Shown here: piece after piece, positions 9,168 to 19,380 of the stretch
How positions within the stretch are numbered: position 1 is the stretch's first letter
How the letters are laid out: each line of letters begins with the position of its first letter
DNA from: an uncultured Gemmatimonadaceae bacterium
GTDB lineage: Bacteria; Gemmatimonadota; Gemmatimonadetes; Gemmatimonadales; Gemmatimonadaceae
DNA: 64,000 bases
Assembly: GCA_963740355.1 (NCBI GenBank)
Contig: CAVUDW010000003.1
Location: 1,984,001-2,048,000, forward strand
Reading direction: 5' to 3'
Translations under genes and position numbers: made by a program
Notes under the pieces: model-generated
What the model was told of the DNA's origin: nothing
Databases searched by the model: none
The model's input: only the letters and a program-made list of their open reading frames with translations

Positions 9168-10124
9168 TCAAGGGGCACGGTGATCCATCCGCTGGAATGC
9201 CATGAACTGCGCAATCGCCGCCACCGCCTCAGCGTCGGTGGTCGTGATACGCAGCTCACCGCCACGCGGCAACGGTTTGAAAGAATACGTGATCACACGG
9301 CGCTTCGCCGCCATGACCGGCGCCCCGGGGACCGTCTGCATGTGCACGAAGGCAGGCGTAGTGAAGTCGCCCTGGCCAAACGCCTTCGCGATATCCTGCA
9401 GATGTGTGCGGATCGTCGCGACGCCAACCGAGTCATCCGAGTCACGCTGCAACTCGATGCGTCCGCCATCAGGCAGCGCCTCGAAATGATGCGTGGAGGT
9501 GTACTGGTCGACGCCCATCGCAACCTTGCCGCGCGCCTGCACCGCGGCGAACGCGCTGTCTGATGTGCCGTGGGACATGCCAGCGCCCATCCCGCCGCCC
9601 ATCCCGCCGTTCTTCATCATCGCCTCGTGCATCGCCACCATGCCGCGATTCACGAGGTCGGTGACTTCCGCTGCGTGGCGCTGCACCAGCGCGACGGTCG
9701 CAGAATCCTTCGATGTCTCGATCACGACCACGCCCTTGGCCGTGCGCTCGACGCGACGCGTGATGTTGGCACCATTGCGCAACACCCCTCGCAGCGTGGC
9801 CGTCTCCATCGGCATGTTCGGGTCGTGCGACGTCCGCACCAGCTCGCCCGTCGTCGACACATGCTCACGCAGGATCGCCTGCATTGCGGCGTCGTCTGAT
9901 TCGGTGACCGTCCGGACGCCATTCGGCAGGTTCGTCACGGTGCGGCGAATCTTGTCATGGTTCATGACCATCTCGTGCACGAGACGCATCATGGCCATCG
10001 ACGACGAGTCGCGACCGGCCATCATGCCGCCGCCCATCATTCCGGCCGGCCGCTGCGCACAGATCGCCGGCGCGACACCCGCTGTCAGCGCGGCCAGCAC
10101 GAGTACACCACGTCGAATCATCAT
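9168..10124 (-). CDS. Exported Met/His-rich hypothetical protein with four internal hairpin-helix repeats
   Basis: Signal peptide; GGAG RBS upstream of ATG 10124; GMMGGGMM-type linkers; repeated LPxG/G-strand-D-helix-H units. Confidence 0.7.
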   Translation of the reverse strand: MMIRRGVLVLAALTAGVAPAICAQRPAGMMGGGMMAGRDSSSMAMMRLVHEMVMNHDKIRRTVTNLPNGVRTVTESDDAAMQAILREHVSTTGELVRTSHDPNMPMETATLRGVLRNGANITRRVERTAKGVVVIETSKDSATVALVQRHAAEVTDLVNRGMVAMHEAMMKNGGMGGGMGAGMSHGTSDSAFAAVQARGKVAMGVDQYTSTHHFEALPDGGRIELQRDSDDSVGVATIRTHLQDIAKAFGQGDFTTPAFVHMQTVPGAPVMAAKRRVITYSFKPLPRGGELRITTTDAEAVAAIAQFMAFQRMDHRAP

Positions 10125-10234
10125 TCGTGTCTCCAAGTAAGGAACGCTACTGCGTCCACTCTTGATACAACACGCGCGCGGCAATTGTTGTCAGCGTCCG
10201 CCCGACAGCGGTCGAAACAGTCCAGGTTCGGATC

Positions 10235-11893
10235 TCACAAACGCGTGAGCACCTGCGCCAGGATCAGCTTCACGACCGTCGCCAACGGAAACACCGCGGC
10301 ATACCCGACATTCGGCGATTCGTCGAGCCGCTGCTCAAGGGCGGCACTCAATGCGGCAGGCTGGGTGTGAATGCCGGCGATCACACCGGTGAGGATTCCT
10401 TCCGGGATGCGGAAGAGAAAGCGACCGGTGAGCAGGATCGAGAGCGATGTCACCGAGGTCACGAATGCGCCGGCACCGAGCAGGCCGAGCGTGGCGGGAT
10501 CATGCAAGGCGTTCCATGACGCGTAGCCACTCCGCGTACCGATGCCGGCGAAAAACAGTAGCAATCCAAGCTGCCGCATCGTGAGGCTGACGCCATACGG
10601 AATGCCCCACACGAATGGGCCGGTGCGTCCGCGAGCGCCGAGGATCATTGCGACCACAAGCGGTCCTCCAGCCAGTCCAAGGCGCACGGTGATGCCGCCC
10701 GGGAGTGGAATGGGGATCATGCCAGCGGCAATACCAAGCACGATGCCGAAGGCGAACGTGAGCACATCGAACTCGCTCACGGCGCGATATGAATCGCCGA
10801 GGAACGCACTCACGGCCTGCAGGTTCTCACGCCGCGTCAACACACGTACACGATCCCCGAGCTGGAGAACGGTGTCGCCATCCGGAATCCAATCGGCATC
10901 GCCTCGGCGGATGGCCGTGATCGTGGCACCATACTGTTGCATCAGGTCGAGCTCGCGCAGCGAATGGCCGACGATCCTGGCATTCGAGACGAAGATGCGA
11001 CGCACGTCGAGTTCGCGCCGATCGAGATTGATCGCCTCGTCGCTGCGTGTACCCAGCCGTTCGACGAGCTTGGTCACCTCCCTCGACTCGCCGACGGCCG
11101 TCAGCAGGTCGCCGAGCGCGAGGATCGAATTCGATGTCGCCAGCTCCACCGTGCCATCCACGCGCCGCACGCGGCCGTGCTGCACACGAGCGCCCGCTTC
11201 GTGTCGCAGGTCCTCCAGCGGCACGCCCACCGCATCATCGCGCAAGACCTCGATCGTGCCGACGATCAGCGACCCCGATCCTGCGCGGCCGCGTGACGAC
11301 GCCGGCCAGGAGTGCGAGGTGCGGATGTCACTCGACTTCTCGCCATGCCAGAGCCGTGGAACGAGGCCGATCGCGATCAGCGGAATCAGCACGCCCAGCG
11401 GATAGGCGACGGAGTGTGCGACGACTGGTGCGGACTGTTCGAGCGCCGATGTGATGCCCTGCCCACGCAGGCTTTCCAGCACCGCGGCAAGCGCCGGCGT
11501 GTTCGTGACCGCTCCCGCAAAGAGTCCGCCGCTGACGCCTGCGGACACGCCGAGCAGACGTGCTGCAATCCAGGAGGCGATCGCAGCCGCACCAAGCCCG
11601 ACGAGCACCACCGCGCCATTGCGCGCGCCGTGGCGCTTGAGCGTGGCGAGGAAACCGGGGCCACTCGCCAGGCCAACACTGTACACGAAGAGGCACAGCC
11701 CGAGCAGTTGCACCACCTCGGGAAGGCGCAGTCGCTCGTCGAGCGCACCGATCGCGAGGCCGGCGAAAAGGATGGCTGCAACGCCAAAACTCACACCGCG
11801 CACGCGAATGCGCCCAATCGGATATCCCACGGCCACCGTGGCGAAGAGCAGGAGCAACGGGCTCTCTGCCAGCGTGTCGATGATGCGATGCAT
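10235..11893 (-). CDS. AspT/YidE/YbjL-family transporter with TrkA-C (RCK_C) domains
   Basis: GLCLFVYSVGLASGPGF, AGAVTNTPALAA, cytoplasmic IRRGD...PDGDTVLQLGDRVRV, second TM block GLAGGPLVVAMILG...THQPAAL-like motif. Confidence 0.9.
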   Translation of the reverse strand: MHRIIDTLAESPLLLLFATVAVGYPIGRIRVRGVSFGVAAILFAGLAIGALDERLRLPEVVQLLGLCLFVYSVGLASGPGFLATLKRHGARNGAVVLVGLGAAAIASWIAARLLGVSAGVSGGLFAGAVTNTPALAAVLESLRGQGITSALEQSAPVVAHSVAYPLGVLIPLIAIGLVPRLWHGEKSSDIRTSHSWPASSRGRAGSGSLIVGTIEVLRDDAVGVPLEDLRHEAGARVQHGRVRRVDGTVELATSNSILALGDLLTAVGESREVTKLVERLGTRSDEAINLDRRELDVRRIFVSNARIVGHSLRELDLMQQYGATITAIRRGDADWIPDGDTVLQLGDRVRVLTRRENLQAVSAFLGDSYRAVSEFDVLTFAFGIVLGIAAGMIPIPLPGGITVRLGLAGGPLVVAMILGARGRTGPFVWGIPYGVSLTMRQLGLLLFFAGIGTRSGYASWNALHDPATLGLLGAGAFVTSVTSLSILLTGRFLFRIPEGILTGVIAGIHTQPAALSAALEQRLDESPNVGYAAVFPLATVVKLILAQVLTRL

Positions 11894-11991
11894 CAACAAC
11901 TATCGCGCACCTGGCGCCGCAGACCTAGGGCTGCCTCGCGAACCATCGAGCGAGCGCTCCACCGAACATCAGCCTCGAAACGATTCCGTCG

Positions 11992-12672
11992 CTACTCGCC
12001 TGATGACAACTGCGGTGCGTCCGGCGTGACAGTCAACGTGGCCGCTTCGCGCGCTACTTCATCGAACTGCGTGGCGCGCGTGCGAGCCCATTTGGGCAAT
12101 GTCAGGAACGGCCACGCTGCCAACCCGGCGCCGATGACGGCGGGAACGGCTGCCAGCACCATCAGGAAAGGCTTGGTGGTGGCCGCCGCAGCCAACGCAG
12201 CGGCATAAACGAAAGCCGAGAGGCTGCCGATCATCGGCGCCGTCAAGGCACGATCCTTCTGCGTCGACATGCGCAAACGATGGCCTTGTGGCGTTGGTTC
12301 GACAGCGATTCGAAGCTTGCCATTGCGCCATTCACGCACGACACCAGTGCGCGTTTCCTTGCCATGTGCATTGAACGCTGCTCGCAGTGTCGAGACGAGC
12401 ACACTCCACGCCTCGTCAGTCAGCTCACCAGGAAGCACAACTTCCTTGCTGACGCCGACCGGCACGCCGAGGGTGTGTTCGAGCCTCGCGGGACGCAGCA
12501 CCCCACTCGCCGACTCGGTCAGCGCACGGCTCACCGCTTCCGGCGAGAGGCCAACATCGCGCGCAATCTCCTGCACCTGCGCCACCGTCAATCCCGGCTG
12601 CGCACTCTCTTCCGCGGCACGCTGCAGGACCAACGACACTTCGGTGTCACTGAGGCGACGTTCGCTGTGCAT
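11992..12672 (-). CDS. Hypothetical membrane protein
   Basis: MHSERRLSDTEVSLVLQRAAE...GLTVAQVQEIARDVGLSPEAV helical N-terminus and two C-terminal TM helices. Confidence 0.65.
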   Translation of the reverse strand: MHSERRLSDTEVSLVLQRAAEESAQPGLTVAQVQEIARDVGLSPEAVSRALTESASGVLRPARLEHTLGVPVGVSKEVVLPGELTDEAWSVLVSTLRAAFNAHGKETRTGVVREWRNGKLRIAVEPTPQGHRLRMSTQKDRALTAPMIGSLSAFVYAAALAAAATTKPFLMVLAAVPAVIGAGLAAWPFLTLPKWARTRATQFDEVAREAATLTVTPDAPQLSSGE

Positions 12673-12900
12673 GCAGGTGAGGCTGGAGACAGGGCGGACC
12701 CGAAACGCAACGTTCAGCGCGCTGAGCGATCGAGCCGACACGCGCACACGGGGGAAGCTAGCCAATGGGCGTCCTCAGGCCGCTGGCCATCCGGCGGGGG
12801 TGGTGCGGCCGCCCCAGCCGATCGCACAGCGCCCACCGGCCGAGGAGCGGGCTATCTTCGAGGAGGCGGCAGGTCAGCCGCCACGTCTGGAGACACGCGT

Positions 12901-13176
12901 ATGTCGATGGCATTTCTGAGAGATGATGCGGAAGGGGAGATGCCCCGCCGCTTCTACGATCTTCCCGATCGCGACGACCCGGGCTACGACCGGGCCGCAG
13001 CGCGGGCGTTGCTCGAAGCCACGCGACGCGACGAAACACAGCTGGCCGAGCGCGCCACCGGCTACTACTGGGGCGAACCGTGCCTGCGGCCGTATGCGGA
13101 AGAGATTCGCAAGGAAGCCGAGCTCGCCGGCGACGAGCGACTCGAGCAGTTGGCGCGCCGGTTCCAGCGGACGTGA
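12901..13176 (+). CDS. Small hypothetical protein (91 aa)
   Basis: GGAG just upstream of ATG 12901; protein-like composition MSMAFLRDDAEGEMPRRFYDLPDRDDPGY... Confidence 0.6.
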   Translation: MSMAFLRDDAEGEMPRRFYDLPDRDDPGYDRAAARALLEATRRDETQLAERATGYYWGEPCLRPYAEEIRKEAELAGDERLEQLARRFQRT

Positions 13177-13248
13177 TCGCCGCACAACGGCCGCCCTGCC
13201 ATTCGGCCGTCATCGCCATCATCATCGCGATCACCAGCCGCTCGCTCG

Positions 13249-14463
13249 ATGCCTGAGCCGCGGCGCCGGCGTCGCTGGCTGCGGGTGTTATCCGGTGTGA
13301 CTGTCGTGCTGGGACTGGTGATCGGCACCGCGCTGCTGACTGCCGGCAGCGCGCTTGGTGAACGCGCCACCGGCGAGCGACTGGCCCGCATGACGCAAGC
13401 GCCGCAGTGGCATGACGGACGGTTCGTCAATCCGCAGCCGATGTGGAACGACATGATTGGTGCCTTCACCGGCGCGCTCACGTCAACCAACGACGACGCG
13501 TCGCCGAGTGTCGTCGTACCGGTGCAACATCCGACGGCGCAATCCCTGCACGAGCTTCCCGCATCCGGCTTGCGCATCACCTGGTTCGGACATTCATCGA
13601 CGCTGGTCGAAGTGGACGGTGTGCGCGTGCTGACGGATCCGATCTGGAGTGATCGCCCGTCGCCGATCAGCAGCCTCGGACCGAAGCGCTGGTTTGCACC
13701 GCTGATCGCACTCGACAGCCTGCCACCGATCGATGCCGTGGTGATCTCGCACGATCACTTCGATCATCTCGATCAGGCGACGATCATTGCGATGCGCAGC
13801 TGGGCCACCGTCTTTCTGGTGCCACTCGGTGTGGGCGCACACCTCGAACGGTGGGGCATTCCGGCGTCACGCATCCAGGAACTCGACTGGTGGGATTCCA
13901 CGAGCGTGCGCGGTGTCACGATCGTCGCGACGCCAGCGCGTCATGCATCGGGTCGCATTTCGCCGCGCAGCGATCGCACCCTCTGGGCGGGGTATGCCAT
14001 GCTCGGCCCCGTGCATCGGGTCTTCTATTCTGGAGACACCGGCCTGCACACGACCTTCGCCGACATCGGCTCGCGTCTTGGCCCATTCGATGTCGCGATG
14101 ATCGAAGCGGGTCAGTACAACGCAGCGTGGCCGGACTGGCACATGGGACCAGAGCAGGCCGTCGAGGCGAGCCGGCTGGTACGTGCGAAGACGATGATGC
14201 CGGTGCATTGGGCGCTGTTCAAGCTGGCGATGCACGGCTGGACTGAACCGGTTGAACGTGCGTTGGTCGCAGGACGCTGCCTCGGCGTGACCGTCCTCAC
14301 TCCGCAGCCTGGGCAAAGCATCGATCCGACACTGGCCAATCGAGCTGGCACGACGGCGTGGTGGCCGAAGGTGCCGTGGTCGACCGCCGCTGAAACGCCG
14401 ATCGTTGCGACGCTGAACGGTGTGAGCACAGAACGTGTCACACCGGCCGGTTGCGTTCGATGA
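13249..14463 (+). CDS. MBL-fold metallo-hydrolase (RomA / NAPE-PLD-like), membrane anchored
   Basis: TWFGHSS, LTDPIWS, SHDHFDHLD (HxHxDH), PARH, YSGDTG, HMGPEQAV, PVHWALF. Confidence 0.9.
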   Translation: MPEPRRRRRWLRVLSGVTVVLGLVIGTALLTAGSALGERATGERLARMTQAPQWHDGRFVNPQPMWNDMIGAFTGALTSTNDDASPSVVVPVQHPTAQSLHELPASGLRITWFGHSSTLVEVDGVRVLTDPIWSDRPSPISSLGPKRWFAPLIALDSLPPIDAVVISHDHFDHLDQATIIAMRSWATVFLVPLGVGAHLERWGIPASRIQELDWWDSTSVRGVTIVATPARHASGRISPRSDRTLWAGYAMLGPVHRVFYSGDTGLHTTFADIGSRLGPFDVAMIEAGQYNAAWPDWHMGPEQAVEASRLVRAKTMMPVHWALFKLAMHGWTEPVERALVAGRCLGVTVLTPQPGQSIDPTLANRAGTTAWWPKVPWSTAAETPIVATLNGVSTERVTPAGCVR

Positions 14464-14521
14464 AGACTGGCGACTGACGCTCCTTGACGGCGCGGCGGTG
14501 CTGACGCCGATGTCGCGCGCG

Positions 14522-14905
14522 TCAGCGGGTCGCGGTGATCGTTGCGGTGCCGGTCGTACCTTCGCTGAGCGCTGAGATGCGCACCGTACCGGCTGCGACC
14601 GCGGTCACCAGACCACTTGCCGAGACAGTCGCGATGGCCGGCGACTCGCTGCTCCACGCCACGACGCGGCCGGGCAGCGGTGATCCACTCACATCACGCG
14701 TGGCCGCAACCAGACGGACGGTGTCACCGACGGTGAGCAGGTAGGTATTTGGTGCGACGACGACCGAGGCGACCTGGCTGGAAATCGCAGGTGGCGGATT
14801 GACGCCCGTGGAAACGGCGTCCGTGCCGCACGCCGCAGTTGATGCGAGCAGCACGCTGATCCGCAGCATCGGTCGAAGAGTCGTGTTCAGGGAACGAAAA
14901 TCCAT
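14522..14905 (-). CDS. Ig-like (Big_2) domain lipoprotein
   Basis: Lipobox-like LASTAAC; VVAWSSESPAIATVSASGLVTAVAAGTVRISA Big_2 pattern. Confidence 0.8.
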   Translation of the reverse strand: MDFRSLNTTLRPMLRISVLLASTAACGTDAVSTGVNPPPAISSQVASVVVAPNTYLLTVGDTVRLVAATRDVSGSPLPGRVVAWSSESPAIATVSASGLVTAVAAGTVRISALSEGTTGTATITATR

Positions 14906-15041
14906 GTGTCGCAATCGAGACGCCTGACTGAGCTGCGGAAGGAGCGCGCGGGGGAATCACCTGTCGGTCGCGTGCGAAAAGCTTCCCTTTCAAGGGTTCA
15001 GCCGAGCGATGCGTTCCCGGCGCTGCCGGTCCGGGCACTTC

Positions 15042-15980
15042 TCAGATCCGTGGGACGCCACGGCTCCCGCGGGCGCCACGTCGCGTCGGCGTGTGCGTCG
15101 CCCGTCGCACGGCACTGACCAAGGCCGCGACGTCGGGTCGCATTTTCCGACCTCGCAGGGTGAGCTGCGTGAACGGGCGCACGACCCGAACCGACGGCAC
15201 GTCGAGCAGGCAGAGGCGCCCGCACGCGAGTTGGTCCACGATTGCCACGCGCGACACGACGCCGATCCCCACCCCGACCGCGACCAATTGCTTGATGACC
15301 TCCGTGCCATCTACTCCAAGTGGATCCCGCGGAAACACGCCGGCGTCCGCGAGGCCACGCAACACGATGTCGCGGGTGCCGGATTCCGGCTCGCGGAGCA
15401 CGAATCGTTCGCCAGCCAGCGCCTCGGCCGGCAGCCGTGATCGCGACGCAAGCGGGTGATCGGGCGCAGCGATGATGACCATCTCATCCACCGTCCACGG
15501 GGTCGCCTCCAACTGCGAGTCGAGGGGCGCGGCTTCGACGAGGGCAACATCCACCTCGTAGCGGCGCAGTTGTTCCTCCAGCACTCGCGTATGCGCGGCG
15601 ACGAGCCGGACATCGACCTGCGGAAACTCCGCGGCAAAGGCGCGAACGATGGGCGGAAGCACGTAGGCCGCGATCGTGGTGCTGGCGCCAAGGAGCACTT
15701 CGCCGCGGTGCGTTCCGGCGGCGGCGTGAATCAGCCGTTCAGCGTCATGCTCCGCGACGGCGATCGTCTGCGCGTGTTCGAACAGCTCGCGCCCGAACGT
15801 GGTCGGTCGCAGGCCGCGCGGTCCACGCTCGAGCAGCTCGATGCCGACGCTACGCTCGAGCTCTCGCAGGGCGCGCGACAGGGCGGGCTGTGACACCCCC
15901 GCCGCGCGGGCGGCTTTCCCCAGCCCGCCGAGGCGGACGACGAGGGCGAAGCTGCGCAGGTGATGAAGGTTCATGGACAT
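15042..15980 (-). CDS. LysR-family transcriptional regulator (CysL-like)
   Basis: HTH AARAAGVSQPALSRALRELE; LGASTTIAAYVLP and LREPESGTR substrate-domain motifs. Confidence 0.9.
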   Translation of the reverse strand: MSMNLHHLRSFALVVRLGGLGKAARAAGVSQPALSRALRELERSVGIELLERGPRGLRPTTFGRELFEHAQTIAVAEHDAERLIHAAAGTHRGEVLLGASTTIAAYVLPPIVRAFAAEFPQVDVRLVAAHTRVLEEQLRRYEVDVALVEAAPLDSQLEATPWTVDEMVIIAAPDHPLASRSRLPAEALAGERFVLREPESGTRDIVLRGLADAGVFPRDPLGVDGTEVIKQLVAVGVGIGVVSRVAIVDQLACGRLCLLDVPSVRVVRPFTQLTLRGRKMRPDVAALVSAVRRATHTPTRRGARGSRGVPRI

Positions 15981-15994
15981 AACAGAATGTTATG
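15978..15994. promoter_or_regulatory. LysR recognition site (T-N11-A dyad)
   Basis: CATAAC-AGAAT-GTTATG; T15980-N11-A15992, overlapping the lysR start and upstream of the divergent RND operon. Confidence 0.65.
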
Positions 15995-16098
15995 GGCTGC
16001 TCGCATTTCTGTCACTTTTATGACGGCCAGGAATCTGACAGACTGCGGCGCGCCCACCCGTCGCGCTTGCCAGCCCGCCCTGAACCACCCTCGCCGAC

Positions 16099-19000
16099 AT
16101 GTGGCTCGTACGACTCGCGCTCCGACAGCCCTACACCGTGGCTGTGGCCGCGGCATTGCTCCTCCTGGCCGGCGTGATGTCGGCCCGCAGCATGCTCGTG
16201 GACCTCTTCCCCGCGATCGACATCCCGGTCGTGGCAGTCGTCTGGACCTATCCCGGGCTCTCGACCGAGGACATGGAAAAACGGGTCGTGCTGCTGAGTG
16301 AGCGTGGCCTGTCGTCCACCGTGGATGGCATCTCGCGCATCGAGTCGTCGTCGATTCCGGGGATCGGGCTGCTCAAGATCTATTTCCAGCCCGGCACCCA
16401 GATCGGCAACGCGATCGCACAGATCTCCTCGTCGTCGTCCACCTCGCTGCGCCGCATGCCGCGTGGGATCCAGCCGCCGTACATCATTCAGTCGAATGCG
16501 TCCAGCGTACCGGTGGCGCAGCTCACGATGTCCAGCACTTCGATGCCGGAAGAGAAGATCGCCGACTACGGGCAGAACTTCCTGCGACTGCGCCTCTTCA
16601 CGATTCCGGGACTCTCCACCCCAGCGCCGTACGGCGGCAAGACGCGCGAGATCACGATCGATGTCGATCCGGCGCGTCTCGCGGCGCACAGTCTTTCACC
16701 GACCGATGTCGTGACGGCGGTGCAGAACTCCAACGTCTTCATTCCAGCCGGCACGGCGCGCTTCGGGGATCGTGAATACAACGTCAGCCTCAACTCGAGT
16801 CCCTCGGCGGTCAGTGAGTTCGGCGCGATCCCGGTCAAGGTGGTGGCCGGTGCACCGATCACGATTGGCGACGTCGCCACTGTGGCCGACGGGTATGCCG
16901 ACCAGACCAACATCGTGCGCGTCGACGGTCACCGCGCCGCCTATCTCTCGATCCTGAAGAAATCGGACGCCAGCACACTGGCCGTCGTGGAAGCGACGAA
17001 GGCGCTGTTGCCTGCGGTGCGCGCCATCGCGCCGGACGGCCTCGACCTGCGACTCGACTTCGACCAATCCGTGTTCGTCAAGGCGGCTGTGCGGAGCGTG
17101 ATCAACGAGGCCTTTGTTTCGGCCCTGCTGGTCTCGTTGATGATCCTCGCCTTCCTTGGCAGCTGGCGCTCAGTGCTCGTCGCCGTGGCCAGCATCCCGC
17201 TGGCGCTCGCCGCATCGATAATCGGGCTGCGGATCACGGGCAACAGCTTCAACATCATGACGCTGGGCGGACTGTCACTGTCGATCGGCCTGCTGGTGGA
17301 CACTGCCACGATCACCGTCGAGAACATCCATCGCAACCGCGCCATGGGCAAGACGCTCACCATCTCGATCCTCGATGGTGCGGCGCAGATTTCGCAACCG
17401 GTGATCATGGCGACGCTGGCGATCTGCGTGGTCTTCTTCCCGGTGGTGCTGCTCGAGGGACCGGCGCGTTTCCTGTTCGTGCCGATGGCACTGTCCGTGA
17501 TCTTCGCCATGCTGGCGGCGTACCTGTTGTCACGCACGCTGGTGAAGACGCTGTCACGGATGCTGCTCGCCGGCGAGCAGGCGCATGGCCACGGCCACGA
17601 TGTCGATGTCGTCGGCGCCGCCAGCTCGAGCGCCCTCAGTCGCGCCTCATGGCGCTTCAATCACTGGCGAGACTCGGCCTTCGGTCGCCTGCAGGACCGG
17701 TACGAAGCCATCATCGCGCAGTTGGTGGACCATCGCCGAGTCACACTTGCCGTCGCGACGCTCTTCGTGCTGGTGAGCGGCATGTTGTTGACGGTGGTAG
17801 GCAAGGACTTCTTCCCGACCACCGATGCCGGATTGATGAAGCTCCACTTCCGTGCGCCATCCGGTACGCGCATCGAGCGCACCGACCGCTACGTGGCCGA
17901 GGTCGAGGATCACATCCGGAAGATCATCCCGGCGGATGAACTGGGGACGATTAATGCGATGATCGGCCTCCCCTCGTCGCTCTCGATCGCGTTCGTGCCC
18001 ACCGACAATGTGAGCGGAATGGACGCCGAGATCCTGGTCTCGCTGCGCGAGGGGCACGCGCCGACCGCCGACTATGTGACGAAGCTGCGCGACGACCTGA
18101 CGCAGTCGTTTCCCGGGTCGACGATCTACTTCCAGACGGCCGACATCGTAAGCCAGGTGCTCAACTTCGGCCTGCCGGCGCCGATCGACGTCCAGGTGCA
18201 GGACAACAATCTCGAGCGCGGCTATGCCATGGCGGCCCGGCTGCGAGATGCCATCCGCTCCGTGCCAGGCGCCGCCGATGTGCACATCAAGCAGATGCTC
18301 GACTATCCCACGCTGCGACTAGAGGTAAATCGGCAACGCGCGGCGGCATTGGGCCTGTCGCAGGGTGATGTCGCCAACAGCATGCTCGTGTCGCTGTCCT
18401 CCAGCGCATTGGTCGCGCCATCGTTCTTCATCAATCCAGTGAATGACGTCAACTACCTGGTGGCGGTGAAGGCGCCGATCGAACAGGTCTCGAGTGTGCG
18501 CCAGTTGCTGGCGCTGCCGGTGACACCGCCGTCAGCCGCCGCCCTGCTACAGACCGGAGCCAGCGGGCCGCCATCGGACGTTCCTCACGCACCAACGCAA
18601 ACGCTCGGAAACATTTCCACGGTGACGACCCGAGCGATCCCGAATGAGATCGATCACTACACCGTGCAGCGTGTGCTCGACGTCAATGCGAACGTCGAGG
18701 GACGCGACCTCGGCTCGGTGGTGGACGCGATCGACGCGAGGATTGCCGCGCTTGGCGAGCTGCCGGCCGGGATGTCGATCGCCGTGCGCGGGCAGGGCGA
18801 GGTGATGCGACAGGCCTTCCGGAGCCTCGGTCTTGGACTGCTGGTCGCGATGGCGCTCGTGTATCTGCTGATGGTGATCATGTTCCAGAGCTGGGTCGAC
18901 CCGATCATCATCATGGTGGCAGTGCCTGGCGCATTCGTCGGCATCTTGTGGGCCCTCGCGATCACCGGCACCACCATCAACGTCGTGTCACTGATGGGAT

Positions 19001-19380
19001 CGATCATGGCGGTGGGCATCGCTGTCTCGAACGCGATCCTGCTGGTCAGCTTCGCGAACGATCGGCGCGTGGAATCCGACTTGACGCCAGAAGCGGCCGC
19101 CATCGAAGCGGGTCGAACACGACTGCGCCCGGTGCTCATGACGGCGCTGGCGATGATTCTCGGCATGCTGCCGATGGCGCTCGGCGCAGGCGAAGGGGGC
19201 GAGCAGAACGCGCCGCTCGGCCGCGCCGTGATCGGCGGACTGATCGTCGCCACCATCGTGACGCTGTTCGTGATCCCCGCCGCATACGCCCAACTCCGGC
19301 GCAAGCCGCCAACCAAGCATGAACTCGAGGCGCGCTTCCGCGCCGAGGAAGCAGGCATGTCCCTCGTCACCGCTTCGTGA
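16099..19380 (+). CDS. RND efflux permease (AcrB/CusA family)
   Basis: 1093 aa; NIMTLGGLSLSIGLLVD..VENI and RLRPVLMTALAMILGMLPMAL...PLGRAVIGG signatures. Confidence 0.95.
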   Translation: MWLVRLALRQPYTVAVAAALLLLAGVMSARSMLVDLFPAIDIPVVAVVWTYPGLSTEDMEKRVVLLSERGLSSTVDGISRIESSSIPGIGLLKIYFQPGTQIGNAIAQISSSSSTSLRRMPRGIQPPYIIQSNASSVPVAQLTMSSTSMPEEKIADYGQNFLRLRLFTIPGLSTPAPYGGKTREITIDVDPARLAAHSLSPTDVVTAVQNSNVFIPAGTARFGDREYNVSLNSSPSAVSEFGAIPVKVVAGAPITIGDVATVADGYADQTNIVRVDGHRAAYLSILKKSDASTLAVVEATKALLPAVRAIAPDGLDLRLDFDQSVFVKAAVRSVINEAFVSALLVSLMILAFLGSWRSVLVAVASIPLALAASIIGLRITGNSFNIMTLGGLSLSIGLLVDTATITVENIHRNRAMGKTLTISILDGAAQISQPVIMATLAICVVFFPVVLLEGPARFLFVPMALSVIFAMLAAYLLSRTLVKTLSRMLLAGEQAHGHGHDVDVVGAASSSALSRASWRFNHWRDSAFGRLQDRYEAIIAQLVDHRRVTLAVATLFVLVSGMLLTVVGKDFFPTTDAGLMKLHFRAPSGTRIERTDRYVAEVEDHIRKIIPADELGTINAMIGLPSSLSIAFVPTDNVSGMDAEILVSLREGHAPTADYVTKLRDDLTQSFPGSTIYFQTADIVSQVLNFGLPAPIDVQVQDNNLERGYAMAARLRDAIRSVPGAADVHIKQMLDYPTLRLEVNRQRAAALGLSQGDVANSMLVSLSSSALVAPSFFINPVNDVNYLVAVKAPIEQVSSVRQLLALPVTPPSAAALLQTGASGPPSDVPHAPTQTLGNISTVTTRAIPNEIDHYTVQRVLDVNANVEGRDLGSVVDAIDARIAALGELPAGMSIAVRGQGEVMRQAFRSLGLGLLVAMALVYLLMVIMFQSWVDPIIIMVAVPGAFVGILWALAITGTTINVVSLMGSIMAVGIAVSNAILLVSFANDRRVESDLTPEAAAIEAGRTRLRPVLMTALAMILGMLPMALGAGEGGEQNAPLGRAVIGGLIVATIVTLFVIPAAYAQLRRKPPTKHELEARFRAEEAGMSLVTAS

